A stretch of 61,834 nucleotides of DNA, counting the filler, from Chiloscyllium plagiosum (lineage: Eukaryota): assembly GCF_004010195.1 (NCBI RefSeq). It is 4 parts of one record of this genome, joined end to end, with 100 filler letters (N's around TTAATTAATTAA, not from the genome) between each part and the next. Parts side by side here need not be neighbours in the genome. Positions count along the whole stretch, not along the records: positions 1 to 16,234 come from NC_057715.1; positions 16,335 to 27,477 come from NC_057715.1; 2 more parts are not named here. The stretch is one strand, 5' to 3'. The notes beneath the pieces were generated by a model. That model did not search any database. It saw only the letters and a program-made list of their open reading frames with translations, and was not told the DNA's origin. The position numbers and the translations under genes were made by a program. Each line of letters begins with the position of its first letter. The stretch's first letter is position 1. Below, one piece after another: positions 11,499 through 23,559 of this stretch.

Positions 11499-11961
11499 CT
11501 AAAGGAATGTCCAACAGATGAAAGCAAACTAGTTAAGAAAGAACACGTAAGTGAATACTGTGCATTAACCTTCAATACATTAATATATTGTATGCAGATT
11601 ATTATTTAAAACAATATTTTAGAATCACAAAGAATGGCTCAGGTCTTCTAAAAATGGCAGCAGCTAAATTAAAAACATCTGATGTACTATTCAGTCTCAG
11701 AAGAGTAATAGCAAGCCCTCATCCACAACATTTAAGTATTTAGAGATAACAATGTTCAATTGTTAGGGCTCCAGTAAATTATTTTTATAGATCGAACGAA
11801 CAGAGAGTGTATTATCTTATACCTTCTCTCCCTTTCAAATCCCTACCTACACTTCACTGATGTTCATTGGCTTACACTGGTTTCCAAGGTAGCAGATCCA
11901 ATATTCTCCAACTCTTGAATACTTGGAAATTGAATAGCTATTGTGGATATTGGGTTGAGAA

Positions 11962-13245
11962 GCAATCAAGTCAGCATGGTTTCATCAAGGGGAGGTCATG
12001 CTCGACAGGTCTGTTAGAATTCTTTGAGGAATTAACAAGTAGGTTAGACCAAGGATAGCCAATGGATGTTATCGATCTGGACATCCAAAAGGTCTTTGAT
12101 AAGTGCCACACAGAAGGCTGCTGAGTCAGATAAAGGCCCATGGTGATAGAGGAAAGGCACTAGCATGGATAAAAGATTGGCTGTTTGGCAGAAGGCAAAG
12201 AGTGGGGATAAAAAGGTCCTTCTCAGGATGAAAGCCAGTGACTAGTGGTGTTCCACAAGAGTCAGTGTTGGCACCACAGCTTTTCACTTTATACATTAAC
12301 AATTTGGATGAAGGAACTGAAGGCTTTCTGGTTACGTATGCAGATGATACAAAGATAGGTGGAGGGGCAGGTAGTATTGAGGATGCAGGGAGGCTGCAGA
12401 AAGATTTAGACAGGTTAGAAAAGTGGGCTAAGAAGTGGCAGATGAAATACAGTGTGGGAAAGTTGAGATCACGCACTTCGGCAGGAAGAGGAGGCATGAA
12501 TTATTTTCTAAATGGGGAGAAAATTCAGAAATCTGGAGTACAAAGAGGATTTGGGGGAGTTCTCGTCCAGGATTTTAAGATAAACTTGCAGGTTGAGTCA
12601 GTAATAAGGAAGCAAATACAATGCTGTCATTCATCTTGAGAGGACTTGAATATAAAAAGCAATGTACATCTGAGGCTTTAGAAGGCGCTGGTCAGACAAC
12701 ATTTAGAGCACTGAAAGCAAATTTGGGCCCCATACCTCAAGAAGGATGTACTGGCCCTGGAGCGGGTCCAGAGGTGGTTCACAAGAATGACCACAGGAAC
12801 AAAAAGCTTAACATGTGCCTTTGAGGGCTCTGGGACTATAGTTTAGAAGGATATGGGGGGGGGAAATCTGATGGAAATGTTCAGAATACTGAATGGCCTG
12901 GACAGAGTGGAAGGTGGGAAGACTTTCCATTGGCAGGAGAGACGACGACCCAAAGGCACAGCCGTACAGTAAAGGGAAGACCCACTAAAACAGAGGCAAG
13001 GGGAAACGTCTTTAGCCAGAGAGTGGTGAATCTGTGGACTTCATTTTGACAGAGGGCCTGTGGAGGTCAGGTCACTGAGTATATTTAAGAGAGATAGATA
13101 AGTTCTTGATTGCCATGGGGATCAAGGGTTATGGGAAGAAAGCGGGAAAGTGGGGTTGAAAAACCTATCGGCCATGATCGAATGGCGGAGTAGACTTGAT
13201 GGGCCGAATGGCCTAATTTCTACTCCTTTGGTCTTACAGTCTTAA
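11962..13245 (+). mobile_element. 5'-truncated CR1 LINE (RT plus 3' UTR)
   Basis: SQHGFIKGRSC, VTSGVPQESVLAPQLF, YADDTKIGG. Confidence 0.9.
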
Positions 13246-13914
13246 TTACGCGAATTTCAGTATATCTGATGAAAGAGTGTGGCGAGGCAGATGCAACCCT
13301 GATAATAAAGTCATGATACAGGCATAAGGATGAAACAGTGGGAAAGATAAAGGAAGGAAGGATCCATGTTTGGAGAACCTAGGTGTTGAAACATCTCAGG
13401 TAGGAAATAAGAGCTTTGCACAAAACTGGGGTCTGGGCAAGGGGAGAGAAAAATAAGAGGCAGGAGTCAAAATAGCCATAAAAAAAGAGTCATGGTCTTC
13501 AGTAAAAGAGCAATCTAAGTACAATTACGCAGAACAATTACATGAGAATCGGACAGAGAATTTAGCAACGGTTATGGGGCATAATATCCTGGGGAAAATG
13601 TTAAGCTCATCTGCACAAAGCATTCATGATAAAATGGGTTACTTATTAACACAGATAAAACTAATAGGTTTAACCTGTCATCATAGAGACATGATTATGT
13701 CGTGACAAAGGTTGGAATAGTTCAGGATACTTCATTTTAAAAACAAACATTTATGCAAAATTAAGATGGACATGGGCTGAAGATATAGGATAAGAGATAG
13801 ACACGAAGCAGAAAGAGCCTTAACATGAAAAAAAATTGATCAGAATCAATTTAAGTGGAGATAAGATGTAGGGAGCAGAAAGCAAACACGTGATGAAATC
13901 ACAGACCTCCAAAA

Positions 13915-14340
13915 GGGGCAGCACAGTGGCTCAGTACCAGGGACCCAGGCTAGATTCCAGCCTTGGGTGACAGTCGGTATAGAGTTCATACTTTCTCATG
14001 TCATGCATTTCCTCCGTGCGCTACAGTTTCACCCACAATCCGAAATATCATAGAATCCCTACAGCGTAGAAGCAGACCATTCGGCCCATTGAGTCCACAC
14101 TGCCTCTCCGAAGAGCATCTAACCAAGACCCACCCCAACCCTATCCCTGTAGCCCTGCATTCCCAGCTAGCCTGAATATCCCTGAATACTACCTGGCAAT
14201 TTAGCATGGCCAATCCACCTAACTTGTACATATTTGGATAAAAGCAGGGATGAGAGGGTGAGGGAGTGGATGCTCTTTGGAGGGTCAGTGTACTCTCGAT
14301 GGGCTGTATGGGCCTGCTTCCACTACAGAAATTCTTTGAT
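13915..14340 (+). mobile_element. HE1 SINE interrupted by an antisense HE1 fragment (about 14047-14238)
   Basis: Head ggcagcacagtggctcagt. Nested reverse piece catagaatccctacag...ggccaatccacctaac. Confidence 0.65.
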
Positions 14341-14379
14341 TAAAAGAGTAGTGATCATGTTAGGCAAAGTTTGAGACAT

Positions 14380-15030
14380 AAAAGATAATCAGAGGGTTAG
14401 ATAGGTTGGACAGTGACAGCCTTTTTCTTCGGATGGCAATGGATAGCATGAGGGGACACAGCTTTAAATTGAGGGGTGATAAATATAGGACAGATGTCAG
14501 ACGTAGGTTCTTTACTCAGAGCAGGAGTGTGGAACATACTGCCTGCAACAGTAGTAGATTAGATTAGATTACATTACAGTGTGGAAACAGGCCCTTCGGC
14601 CCAACAAGTCCACACCGACCCGCCGAAGCGTAACCCACCCATACCCCTACATTTACCCTTTACCTAACACTACGGGCAATTTAGCATGGCCAATTCACCT
14701 AACCTGCACATCTTTGGACTGTGGGAGGAAACCGGAGCACCCGGAGGAATCCCACGCAGACACGGGGAGAACGTGCAAACTCCACACAGTCAGTCGCCTG
14801 AGGCGGGAATTGAACCCGGGTCTCTGGCGCTGTGAGGCAGCAGTGCTAACCACTGTGCCACTGTGCCGCCCACACTCGTCAACTTTAAGGGCATTTAAAA
14901 TGGTCATTGGGTAGACATATGAATAAGAATGAAATAGGTGTAGCTTAGATGGGCTTCAGATTGGTTCCACAGGTCAACGCAACATCAAGGGCCGAGGGTC
15001 CTAAACTGCGCTGCAATGTTCCCTGATCTA
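14380..15030 (+). mobile_element. CR1 3' end interrupted by an HE1 SINE
   Basis: Homologous to 1-222. The CR1 sequence resumes after the HE1 insert. Confidence 0.7.
14555..14871 (-). mobile_element. Full-length young HE1 (V-domain) SINE
   Basis: Reverse complement reads gggcggcacagtggcacagtggttagcactgctgcctcacagcgccagagacccgggttcaattcccgcc, then the V-domain, then an (ATCTA)n tail. Confidence 0.9.
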
Positions 15031-15479
15031 AAGTGTAGTTCAGGAGGTTTGCTATGAATGCAGGATAATATGGAAACCAGAGCTTTAATCTTCACAAAGG
15101 TGATGTAAAACAAATGTGCACTATTAGGGTGGAGTTTAAGTTCATTCATGAGAGTTTTCTAAATAGTTGGGGAAGCTCAATCATAAATAGGCTCAAAGCA
15201 AGATAAGAAAAGATTTTTAATCGTGACTGACATCAAGAGCTATGGGGATAGTTCAAGAATATGACTGCCATAGAGAATTGTTCAAAATCTAGAATGCTGG
15301 AGGAAAGGCCAACACCTGCCTTTATGTTCCTAATAAAAGTGGTAATACCATGGCGAACAAGAGAAACTAAAAGTTAACATTACATTAAAGTCTTTTAAAA
15401 AAGCGCTCGAGAAATAAATAAGCTTGAAGATCAAGAGGATTTCAGAATTTAATGAAGGATGACCAAGAAGATCATCCTT

Positions 15480-16234
15480 CAAGTTAAGAACAAAATTAAA
15501 TCTATGGTATTGAATGACATAGCGTCGGATGATGTGGAGTCTGTGTGGGTGGAATTGAGGAACCACAAAGGCAAGAAAAACATAATTGGAGTTATGTACA
15601 GACCTCCTAACAGTGGTCAGGACCAGGGACGCAACATGTACCGGGAAATAGAGAAGGCATGTCAGAAAGGCAAGGTTACATTGATCATGGGAGACTTCAA
15701 TATGCAGGTGGACTGGGTAAATAATGTTGCTAGTGGATCTAAAGAAAGGGAATTCATGGAATGCTTACAGGATGGCTTTTTGGAACAGCTTGTCATGGAG
15801 CCCACAAGAGAGCAGGCTATTCTGGACCTAGTACTTTGCAATGAACCAGACTCTATAAAAGATCTTAAAGTAAGGGAACCCTTAGGAAGTAGCGACCATA
15901 ATATGATAGAGTTCAGTCTGGAGTTTGAAAGGGAGAAGGCAAAATCGGATGTAATGGTGTTACAGTTGAATAAAGGTAATTATGAGGGCATGAGAGAGGA
16001 ACTGACTAAAATAGACTGGAAGCAGAGGCTAACCAGGAAGACAGTAGAGCAAAAATGGCAGGAGTTTATAGGTATAATTGAGGACACTGTACAGAGGATC
16101 ACTCCCAAGAAAAGAAAGATTAACCGGGGAGGGATTAGACAACCTTGGCTGACAAAGGAAGTCAGGAAATGTATTAAAGAAAAAGAGAGATCCTATAAAG
16201 TGGCTAAGAACAGTGGGAAATCAGAAGAGTGGGA
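15480..16234 (+). mobile_element. Young CR1 ORF2 fragment (AP endonuclease), truncated by a gap
   Basis: Uninterrupted frame containing ESVWVEL, YRPP, MGDFN, ILDLVL and SDHN motifs. Confidence 0.92.
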
Positions 16235-16334
16235 NNNNNNNNNNNNNNNNNNNNNNNNNNNNNNNNNNNNNNNNNNNNTTAATTAATTAANNNNNNNNNN
16301 NNNNNNNNNNNNNNNNNNNNNNNNNNNNNNNNNN
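16235..16334. other. Artificial 100-bp scaffold linker (N44-TTAATTAATTAA-N44); also at 27478-27577 and 49415-49514
   Basis: Identical structure occurs three times, and TTAATTAATTAA gives stops in all six frames. Confidence 0.95.
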
Positions 16335-16508
16335 TCCGCAAGTAGGCGGGCTGTCTCCCCAATATAGAGGAGGCCACATCGGGTACAGGGGATGCAATAG
16401 ATGATATGTGTGGAGGTACAGGTGAATCTGTGGCGGATATGGAAGTTTCCTTTGGGGCCTTGGAGGGAGGTGAGAGGGGAGGTGTGGGCGCAAGTCTTGC
16501 ACCTCCTG
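16335..16508 (-). mobile_element. Neptune-type Penelope GIY-YIG endonuclease fragment
   Basis: CKTCAH...FTCTSTHIIYCIPCTRCGLLYIGET (Cys-rich linker plus GIY-YIG). Confidence 0.85.
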
Positions 16509-16649
16509 TTTAAGCAGTCTTGACTATATTGATAAGACAGTGAAAATGAGATTAGATTGCTACCCTCGTGAGATATGGCAGCTGGTCTATGAAAATTCAT
16601 CTCATGCACAAGCCAAAACACACCATTTTTGATCACTATGTCCTGATAG

Positions 16650-16926
16650 AATCTTCTTCCCGACCTCTCCGCCCCCACCCCAATCTGTCCTATCACCCTC
16701 CCCTTGACCTTTTTCCACCTATCACATTTCCGATGCCCCTCCCCCAAGTCCCTCCTCCCTATCTTTTATCTTAGCCTGCTGGACAAACTTTCCTCATTCC
16801 TGAAGAAGGGCTAATGCCCGAAACGTCGATTCTCCTGTTCCCTAGATGCTGCCTGACCTGCTGCGCTTCTCCAGCAACACATTTCCATCTCTGATCTCCA
16901 GCATCTGCAGACCTCATTTTCTCTTC
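16650..16926 (+). mobile_element. Neptune pLTR with hammerhead motif at 16800-16827
   Basis: CTGAAGA-A-GGGC-taat-GCCC-GAAA-CGTC. Shares sequence with the pLTR of the element at 58935-61834. Confidence 0.85.
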
Positions 16927-17124
16927 AAGGAACTAACATTAACCAACCCAAGTTTATGTCCAAACTTTCTGATATCTTTTCAATGCAGGCTACATCCCCA
17001 GTTCTGATTCGTTAAATCCAACTAGAATCATTAAAATTTAACACCTGAATGAGGTTATTTCTGCCAGCTATGCAGTATTCCAGTCACATCCCATTTTCCA
17101 ACTCTTGATTTATAGTCTTGTAGA

Positions 17125-18797
17125 CAGTAGTCTTCAGCCAATTCAATTCACTCCAAGTGATATCAAGAAATGGTTGGAGGCAGTGGACGATGTAAAGATT
17201 ATGGGCTCTGCCAACATTCTGGCAATAGTGCTGAAGACTTGTGTTCCAAAACATGCTGTTCCCCTATGTCAAGCTGTTCCGGTATAGTTACGACCCGAAA
17301 GAACTGCAGATGCTGTAAATCACAAACAAAAACAATTTGTTGGTAAAGTTCAGAGTTTTAAGGAACATCACCAGACCCAAAACATTAACTCTTCACAGAT
17401 GCCGCCAGACCTGCTAGATTTTTCCAGCAACTTCTGTTTTTGTTTTTGTTTCCAGTATAGTTACGCCACTGCCAACCACCTGACCATATGAAAAATCGCC
17501 CAAGTATGTCCCATACACAAAAAGCAGGACAAACCCAGCCCTAGTCAATTACTGCCCAATCAGTCTACTCTTGATCACCAGTAAAGTGATGGAAGGTGTT
17601 GTCAACAGAGCTATCAAGCAGCACCTGCTCAGCAATAGCCTGCTCAGTGATGCCCATTTTGGGTTCTACCAGGGCCACTCATTACAGCCTTAGTTCAAAC
17701 ATGGACAAAAGAGCTGAATTCAGGAGGTGAGGTGAAAATGACAGCCCTTGACATCAAGACTGAGTTTGCCAAAGCAAAATTGGAATGAATGGGTATCGGG
17801 GGCAAACTCTCACCAGTTGGATTCGCACTGGCACATAGGGAATTGGTTGCAGTTGTTAGAGGTCAGTCATCTCAGCTCCTCAGGGTAGTATTCTAGGCCT
17901 GAGCATCTTCAGCTGTTTCATCAATGACCTTCCTTCCATCATAAAGTCAGAAATGGGGATGTTCACTGATGATTGCACAATGTTCAGCACCATTTGTGAC
18001 TGCTCAGATACTGAAGCAGTCCATGTTTGAATGCAACAAGATCTAGACAATATCCAGGTTTGGGCTGACAAGTGGCAAGTAATAGTAATGCCACACAAAA
18101 TGCAAGGCTATGACCATCAGCAAAAACACCACCCCTTACCATCACTGAATCCCACACTATCAACTTCCTGGGAGTTACTTTTGACCAGAAACTCAACTGG
18201 ACACATAAACACAGTAGCTACACGAGCAGACTGGAAGCTAGGAATACTGTAGTGAGTAACTCACCTCCTGACTCCCCAAAGCCTATCCGTCATCTACAAG
18301 ACACAAGTCAGGAGTGTGATGGAATACGCTCCACTTGCCTGGATGGGTTCCGCCCCAGCAACACTCAAGAAGCTAGACACCATCCAGAACAAAGCAGCCT
18401 GCTTGATTGGTACCACATCCACAAGCATCCACTCCCTCCACCACCAACACTTAGTAGCAGCAGTGTGAACTGTCCATAAGCATTGCAGAAATTCACCAAA
18501 AATCCTTCGACAGCACCTTCCAAATCCACTACCACTTCATCCAGAAGGAGAAGGGAAACAGATATAACAGAAACATGAATGCACCTCCAAGTAACTCACT
18601 ATCTTGACTTGGAAATATATTGCTGTTCTTTTACTGTTGTTGGGTCAAAATCCTGGAATTGCATCCTTAGGGCACTGTGGTTTTACCTACGGCACATGGA
18701 CTGCAGTGGTTCAAGAAGGAAAGTCACACCAGCTTCTCAAGGACAATAAATGCTAGCCAGCCAGTGATGCCCACATCCCATGAGTGAATAAAAAAAA
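17125..18797 (+). mobile_element. 5'-truncated CR1/L2-clade LINE (RT to 3' end)
   Basis: LQPIQFTPSDIKKWLE...NILAIVLKTC, NYCPISLL, MFTDDCT, MQQDLDNIQVWADKWQ. Ends gaataaaaaaaa. Confidence 0.85.
17293..17449. mobile_element. Older fold-back pLTR micro-insertion inside the LINE
   Basis: Runs ctgcagatgctg...cagatgccgccagacctgct. TSD ttcc(g/a)gtatagttacg at 17277-17292 and 17450-17465. Confidence 0.7.
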
Positions 18798-18909
18798 GGC
18801 TCTTGTTTGCTATGGTATTTCAAGTGCAAATCTAAGTACAGTTTTAAATGCCATTGAAGTTTTTGATTCCACCATCCTTTAAGGCACTATGTTCCAAAAC
18901 CTCATCACT

Positions 18910-19560
18910 GTTGTGGTTCTGTTCGCCGAGCTGGGAATTTGTGTTGCAGACGTTTCGTCCCCTGTCGAGGTGACATCCTCAGTGCTTGGGAGCCTCCTGT
19001 GAAGCGCTTCTCTGATCTTTTTGTCCTGTTTGTCCTATGTCGTGTTTTGTGCAGTCCTTGCATGGGAGTTTGTACACTACATTAGTACTGCACAAAACAC
19101 TATATAGGACAAACAGGAAGACAGCTAACAATCCACATCCATGAACACCGACTAGCCACGAAATGACACGACCATCTATTCTTAGTAGCCACACACACAG
19201 ATGACAAGCAACATGAATTCGACTGGGACAACACTACTATTATAGGACAAGCCAAACAGAGAACAGCCAGGGAATTCCTAGAGGCATGGCACTCATCCAC
19301 AGATTCAATCAATAAGCACATCGACCTGGACCCAATATACCGACCACTGCAGCGGACAGCTGGAACTGACAACCGGAAGCGGCAGATTAAAACCACTACA
19401 AATGCCGGAGGAAAGATCACAGAAGCGCTTCACAGGAGGCTCCCAAGCACTGAGGATGTCACCTAGACAGGGGACGAAACGTCTGCAACACAAATTCTCA
19501 GCTCGGCGAACAGAACAACAACAACGAGCACCCGAGCTACAAATCTTCTCACAGACTTTG
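18910..19560 (+). mobile_element. Poseidon-type Penelope 3' part (GIY-YIG plus pLTR) with an inverted 5' segment
   Basis: IGQTGRQLTIHIHEHRLATK...FDWDNTTIIGQAKQRTAREFLEAWHS on plus. TNVVYKLPCKDC and a pLTR copy are inverted at 18910-19085. TSD aacctcatcact at 18898-18909 and 19561-19572. Confidence 0.9.
19450..19483 (+). ncRNA. Minimal type I hammerhead ribozyme motif (inverted twin at 18949-18982)
   Basis: CTGAGGA-T-GTC-acct-agac-aggg-GAC-GAAA-CGTC. Confidence 0.7.
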
Positions 19561-22059
19561 AACCTCATCACTACATGGTTGGTAAAAGTGATCTGCGGCT
19601 CGTCTCTAACCTCTGCCAATTACGATGCTGTCTGATAGTTGATCTGTCTAAAAGGGAAATAGGTCCTTCCTATTAACTCTGTCTTGGTCCCTAAAAGGCC
19701 AAAATCTTCTAATCTCCAGATTGTAGGAGGTGAGACTGGGTCAAGTTGTATCAACAGAATGTCAGAGAATAGTCTAAACTACCAGAGACTGGTCATACCC
19801 TCAAAGGTACATCTTAGGACCTCACAGAAGCCGCAAATCACTTACCCCATGGGAGTTGGCTGGGTGGTTTGACCTACCATTGGCAATTTTCCTGCACTCC
19901 AGTGCCCTCTGAAAGTTTCTCTACTTTGAATTAGAGTCAGAGATTTCACATGATTCCGACTTACTTACATGAATAGTTATCCCAGAAGATTTTGGCAGAT
20001 TGACCCCCTGTCTAATTCCTGGATAACAATATAACTGAAGTCCCCACCCAACCCGCAGCTAACACTCTCTGATCCTCCCATTCACCAGGCCCTTTCCTGA
20101 CGCCTAACCTCACCATCTGATTGTCTCCCACAACACCAATTTGGTCTGATCTGACCTGCTATCCAACTCAACTCAACTCAGATACTCCTTTGACCCTCTG
20201 AATCTACCCCAGCCTTCCCAGACTGACATATTCTCTCCACCTGACCACCACTCAAGAAGGAAAGTTGAATAACTGAAGTAGGGGTTGGAACAAGGGGTCC
20301 AGAAACAGAAGCAGCCCCAGAGCCCTGTTTGGGATGGTATGGTCCAGCAGGAAAAAGGAGGAGAACAGATGGCATTCAGATTCAAGCAATTTTTAATGGT
20401 CATGGCATTGCCTAACAGCACTTTCCTTACAAGCATCTCCTTAACTGCCAACAGTGGCTGAGCCATTCACTTCTTTTACCTATTGCTTTCCATCACTTCT
20501 GATTGTTAACGGGTTTCAACTTTGCTTTCTATTCATTTCCTGCTCTACCTTGTGTTTGAATTGCCACATGCTCCAAGGTTTCCCTTGTGTAATCAATATC
20601 ATGGAAGATGAACTCATTATTTTTGAAAATTTCCAATAGATTCCTTTCTAGAAATTTCACTGTTCCCATCTCGCATAGATCATTTAAACTTCTCAACCCT
20701 TATATATATATCCATGTTAACATTGTTAACATCACATATAATGAGAGGTTGGCCACCAGAGCCCATTTAGCTCACTCTTATTTGTGACTAAATCATGTGT
20801 GTAGTTTCTCCTTTATTAATACAGTGAGCCTGGTCGTTTGAAAAGATTGTCCTGTACGTTGCTTCCTTAGTGGCTAAGTCTCAATTCTAATACCAAGTTG
20901 TATTATTAGCTGTGGTTGTAATTTATTCTGAATAATAGATATAACTTTAAGAGATGAGCTCAAAAACTCCATGTTGCATATTTTTGCAGCCTTCAAACAG
21001 AAAAGACTTGTTATCCTAGTGTATGTTATGCTGACATAGGAAGGTAAACTGTTTCTCATCGACAACAAAATAAGTGCAAATATTATCCAACCACTGAACC
21101 AAAATATTCCAGTTCTCTAAGTGGGTCTGATGATAGAGCATGGAGAAGATCATACATAATGAAATTAACCGAGTTTGTAAGATTAATTAACTATGCAATG
21201 TCAGATGAAATGAGGCAATGCTGCTATTCCATTGTGGTTAAATTCAGGATTGTTATTTTCAATCATGTTAATAGAACACTTTAGTTTAAGAGATGGTCTG
21301 GAAAGATCAGTTTGCAGACAGTGATAATTCAAAACTCATTAGTAGTAACACCATGGGATTACATGTGCATGTATTAAATTGATTAATTATGATTTTCTTA
21401 CCAATTTTCATTGCCCTACTTGTAGGAACATTTTTTATATTCTTAAGATGCAACGAAATAGTTAAAGAATGGGAATAAATACATAATAACATTGGTTGTA
21501 ATAAGGCACTAGTTTCAAGACATTCCAAATTATGAATTTAAATGATAACTCTCTGTTGACAGTATTCACTGGGGATCCCTTCCCTTTCTTCTCTATAATA
21601 TGAATAGGATAATTAGATAGTATTTTGACATCCCAAGTTTTTTAATAAGAAGCAATGCTGCCACAGAATTGAAATTGCAAGACTGTAGAAATCTTCCAGG
21701 CCCCTCTTCCTAGAATGCCAGCTGTTCCAGTTGATGTATATTGTCAATTTCTTTTAGTTTAAGCATTGAACATTGCAATCCAATGTAATGTTGTGATTCT
21801 ACATTAATGAACATAAATTGAGTCAAGTTCAGCGTATTTATGCTGATGAATCATTGTCCTATAGCTGGAATACAAGAAGATGGAGCAATTTTGTAACAAT
21901 ATACAGCTGTCAAATAGTTAACATATTTCCATGTAAATTGTATCTCATACTCTTAGAATTAACATCGAATTAATGTCTCTATGTTCTACAGAATAATTTC
22001 TTACAAGCTTTGCATTAGTGGAAATTAAAATTTCCATCTGGTTTCATACTGACTTTGCT

Positions 22060-22407
22060 GTGTTCAGTGGTTAGTACTGCTACGTCACAAAACCAGAGAC
22101 CTGGATTTGATTCCACCCTCGGGTGACTACTTTTCTGGAGTCTGCACACTCTCCTCTTGTCTACGTGGGTTTCTGCAGGGTGCTCTGGTTTGTTCCCACA
22201 GTCTAAAGATGTGCAGGTCAGGTCATGGCCATGCTAAATTGCCCATAGTGTCCATAGATGTGCAGGCTAGGTGGGTTAACCATGGAAAAATACAAGGTTA
22301 CAGGGAAAGCGTAGGGGTGGGTTTAGCTGTTTGCTCTTCAGAGGGTTGATGTGGATTTGATGGGCCGAATGGCCTGCTTCCATACTGTAGGGATTCTATG
22401 ATTCTAT
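22060..22407 (+). mobile_element. HE1 SINE
   Basis: Runs cagtggttagtactgc, V-domain, then ggcctgcttccatactgtagggattctatgattct. Confidence 0.85.
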
Positions 22408-22439
22408 AAAAGCCGATAGTTATTTGATGGACACTTCAC

Positions 22440-23037
22440 TGACTAGTGTAAGAGATGATGAAATATTCTCGGAATTCGAAGTGGTGTCCTTCCTCATCTG
22501 TATGTGAGGATACTAGTGAGAGAGGGGTCATGTCTTTTTGTGGCTAGTTGATGTTCATGTATCCTGGTGGCTAGGTTTCTGCCTGTTTGTCCAATGTAGT
22601 GTCTGTTACAGTCCTTGCACAGTATTTTGTAAGGACAAGGATTTACCATGCAAGGTACAGGTCAGGAAGTACATCACTTCGACTGGGACAACACATCCAT
22701 CCTAGGACAAGCCAAACAAAAACACGCACGGGAATTCCTAGGAGCATGGCATTCCAACCGGAACTCTATCAACAAACCCATTGAGTTAGACCCCATCTAC
22801 CACCCCCTGAGAAAAGGAACAGGAAGTGACTTCACCACAGGAAATAATATCATCACAGGAAATGACATCACCAAACATATAAATAGAAAGCAGGAATTTT
22901 CAGCATTGCTTTACCTGAGGCCCACTGAAGATGTTACCTAGTAAGGTAACGAAACCTCTGGAAATGAACCTTCCAGCTCAGCGAGCAAACCTACATCCAA
23001 AACCTCAACTGAGCTACAAACCTTTTCAAAACTCGCT
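22440..23037 (+). mobile_element. Poseidon-type Penelope 3' part with inverted 5' segment and hammerhead (22925-22958)
   Basis: HHFDWDNTSILGQAKQKHAREFLGAWHS. Hammerhead CTGAAGA-T-GTTACCT-agta-AGGTAAC-GAAA-CCTC. Confidence 0.85.
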
Positions 23038-23559
23038 AAGTTTTTGTATCTTGGATAGATCCACAAGTCCTATCACACCCCTCCAAAAGTGGATAGGTGG
23101 GCTCTAAACTCTGTGCAAACCCTTGCACCAAATTGAAGCCAGACTCCTCTATGCTCCTTAACAGTGAGAATTGTTTGTTGGGCAGGCTTGCCAATGTATC
23201 AAGCATCCAATTCTTTTTGTGCATGTGTCAAGTAAGTGTCTCCACCATATCATGGGAATACTTAATTAGATCAGAAAAGGTTTTTTCAGAAACGTGATGC
23301 GACAGCTAAGACCCATTTCTTCCATGACATTTCTTGTGTCCTGGATAACCTGGAAGTGCATTATAGTTGCTCAAACCTGGATAAGTCACTGAACAATAAT
23401 AATGACTGTTGGAAATTTCAAATACCTTCAAATTAATTAGACAGAAGTAAGTAAAAGAAATAAGAAAATAGAGTACTTAAAATGTGAACGAGATTTTCTT
23501 TTATAAAATAATATGTAAAAAACCCAACAAGGTAAGATTCACTGTTAGATCAAATAATG

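Noticed and set aside
15480..15500. The 5' truncation point of one CR1 coincides with the site where a pLTR inserted in another CR1 (42065)
   Set aside because: A single coincidence at an AT-rich site, with no mechanism supportable from the sequence.
23265..23349. Minus-strand ttccag|VIQDTRNVMEEMGLS, superficially like the TDRD3 UBA exon (VDEKALKHITEMGFS)
   Set aside because: Only V and EMG.S match, a stop follows within about 12 codons, and no donor site is evident. Probably chance.
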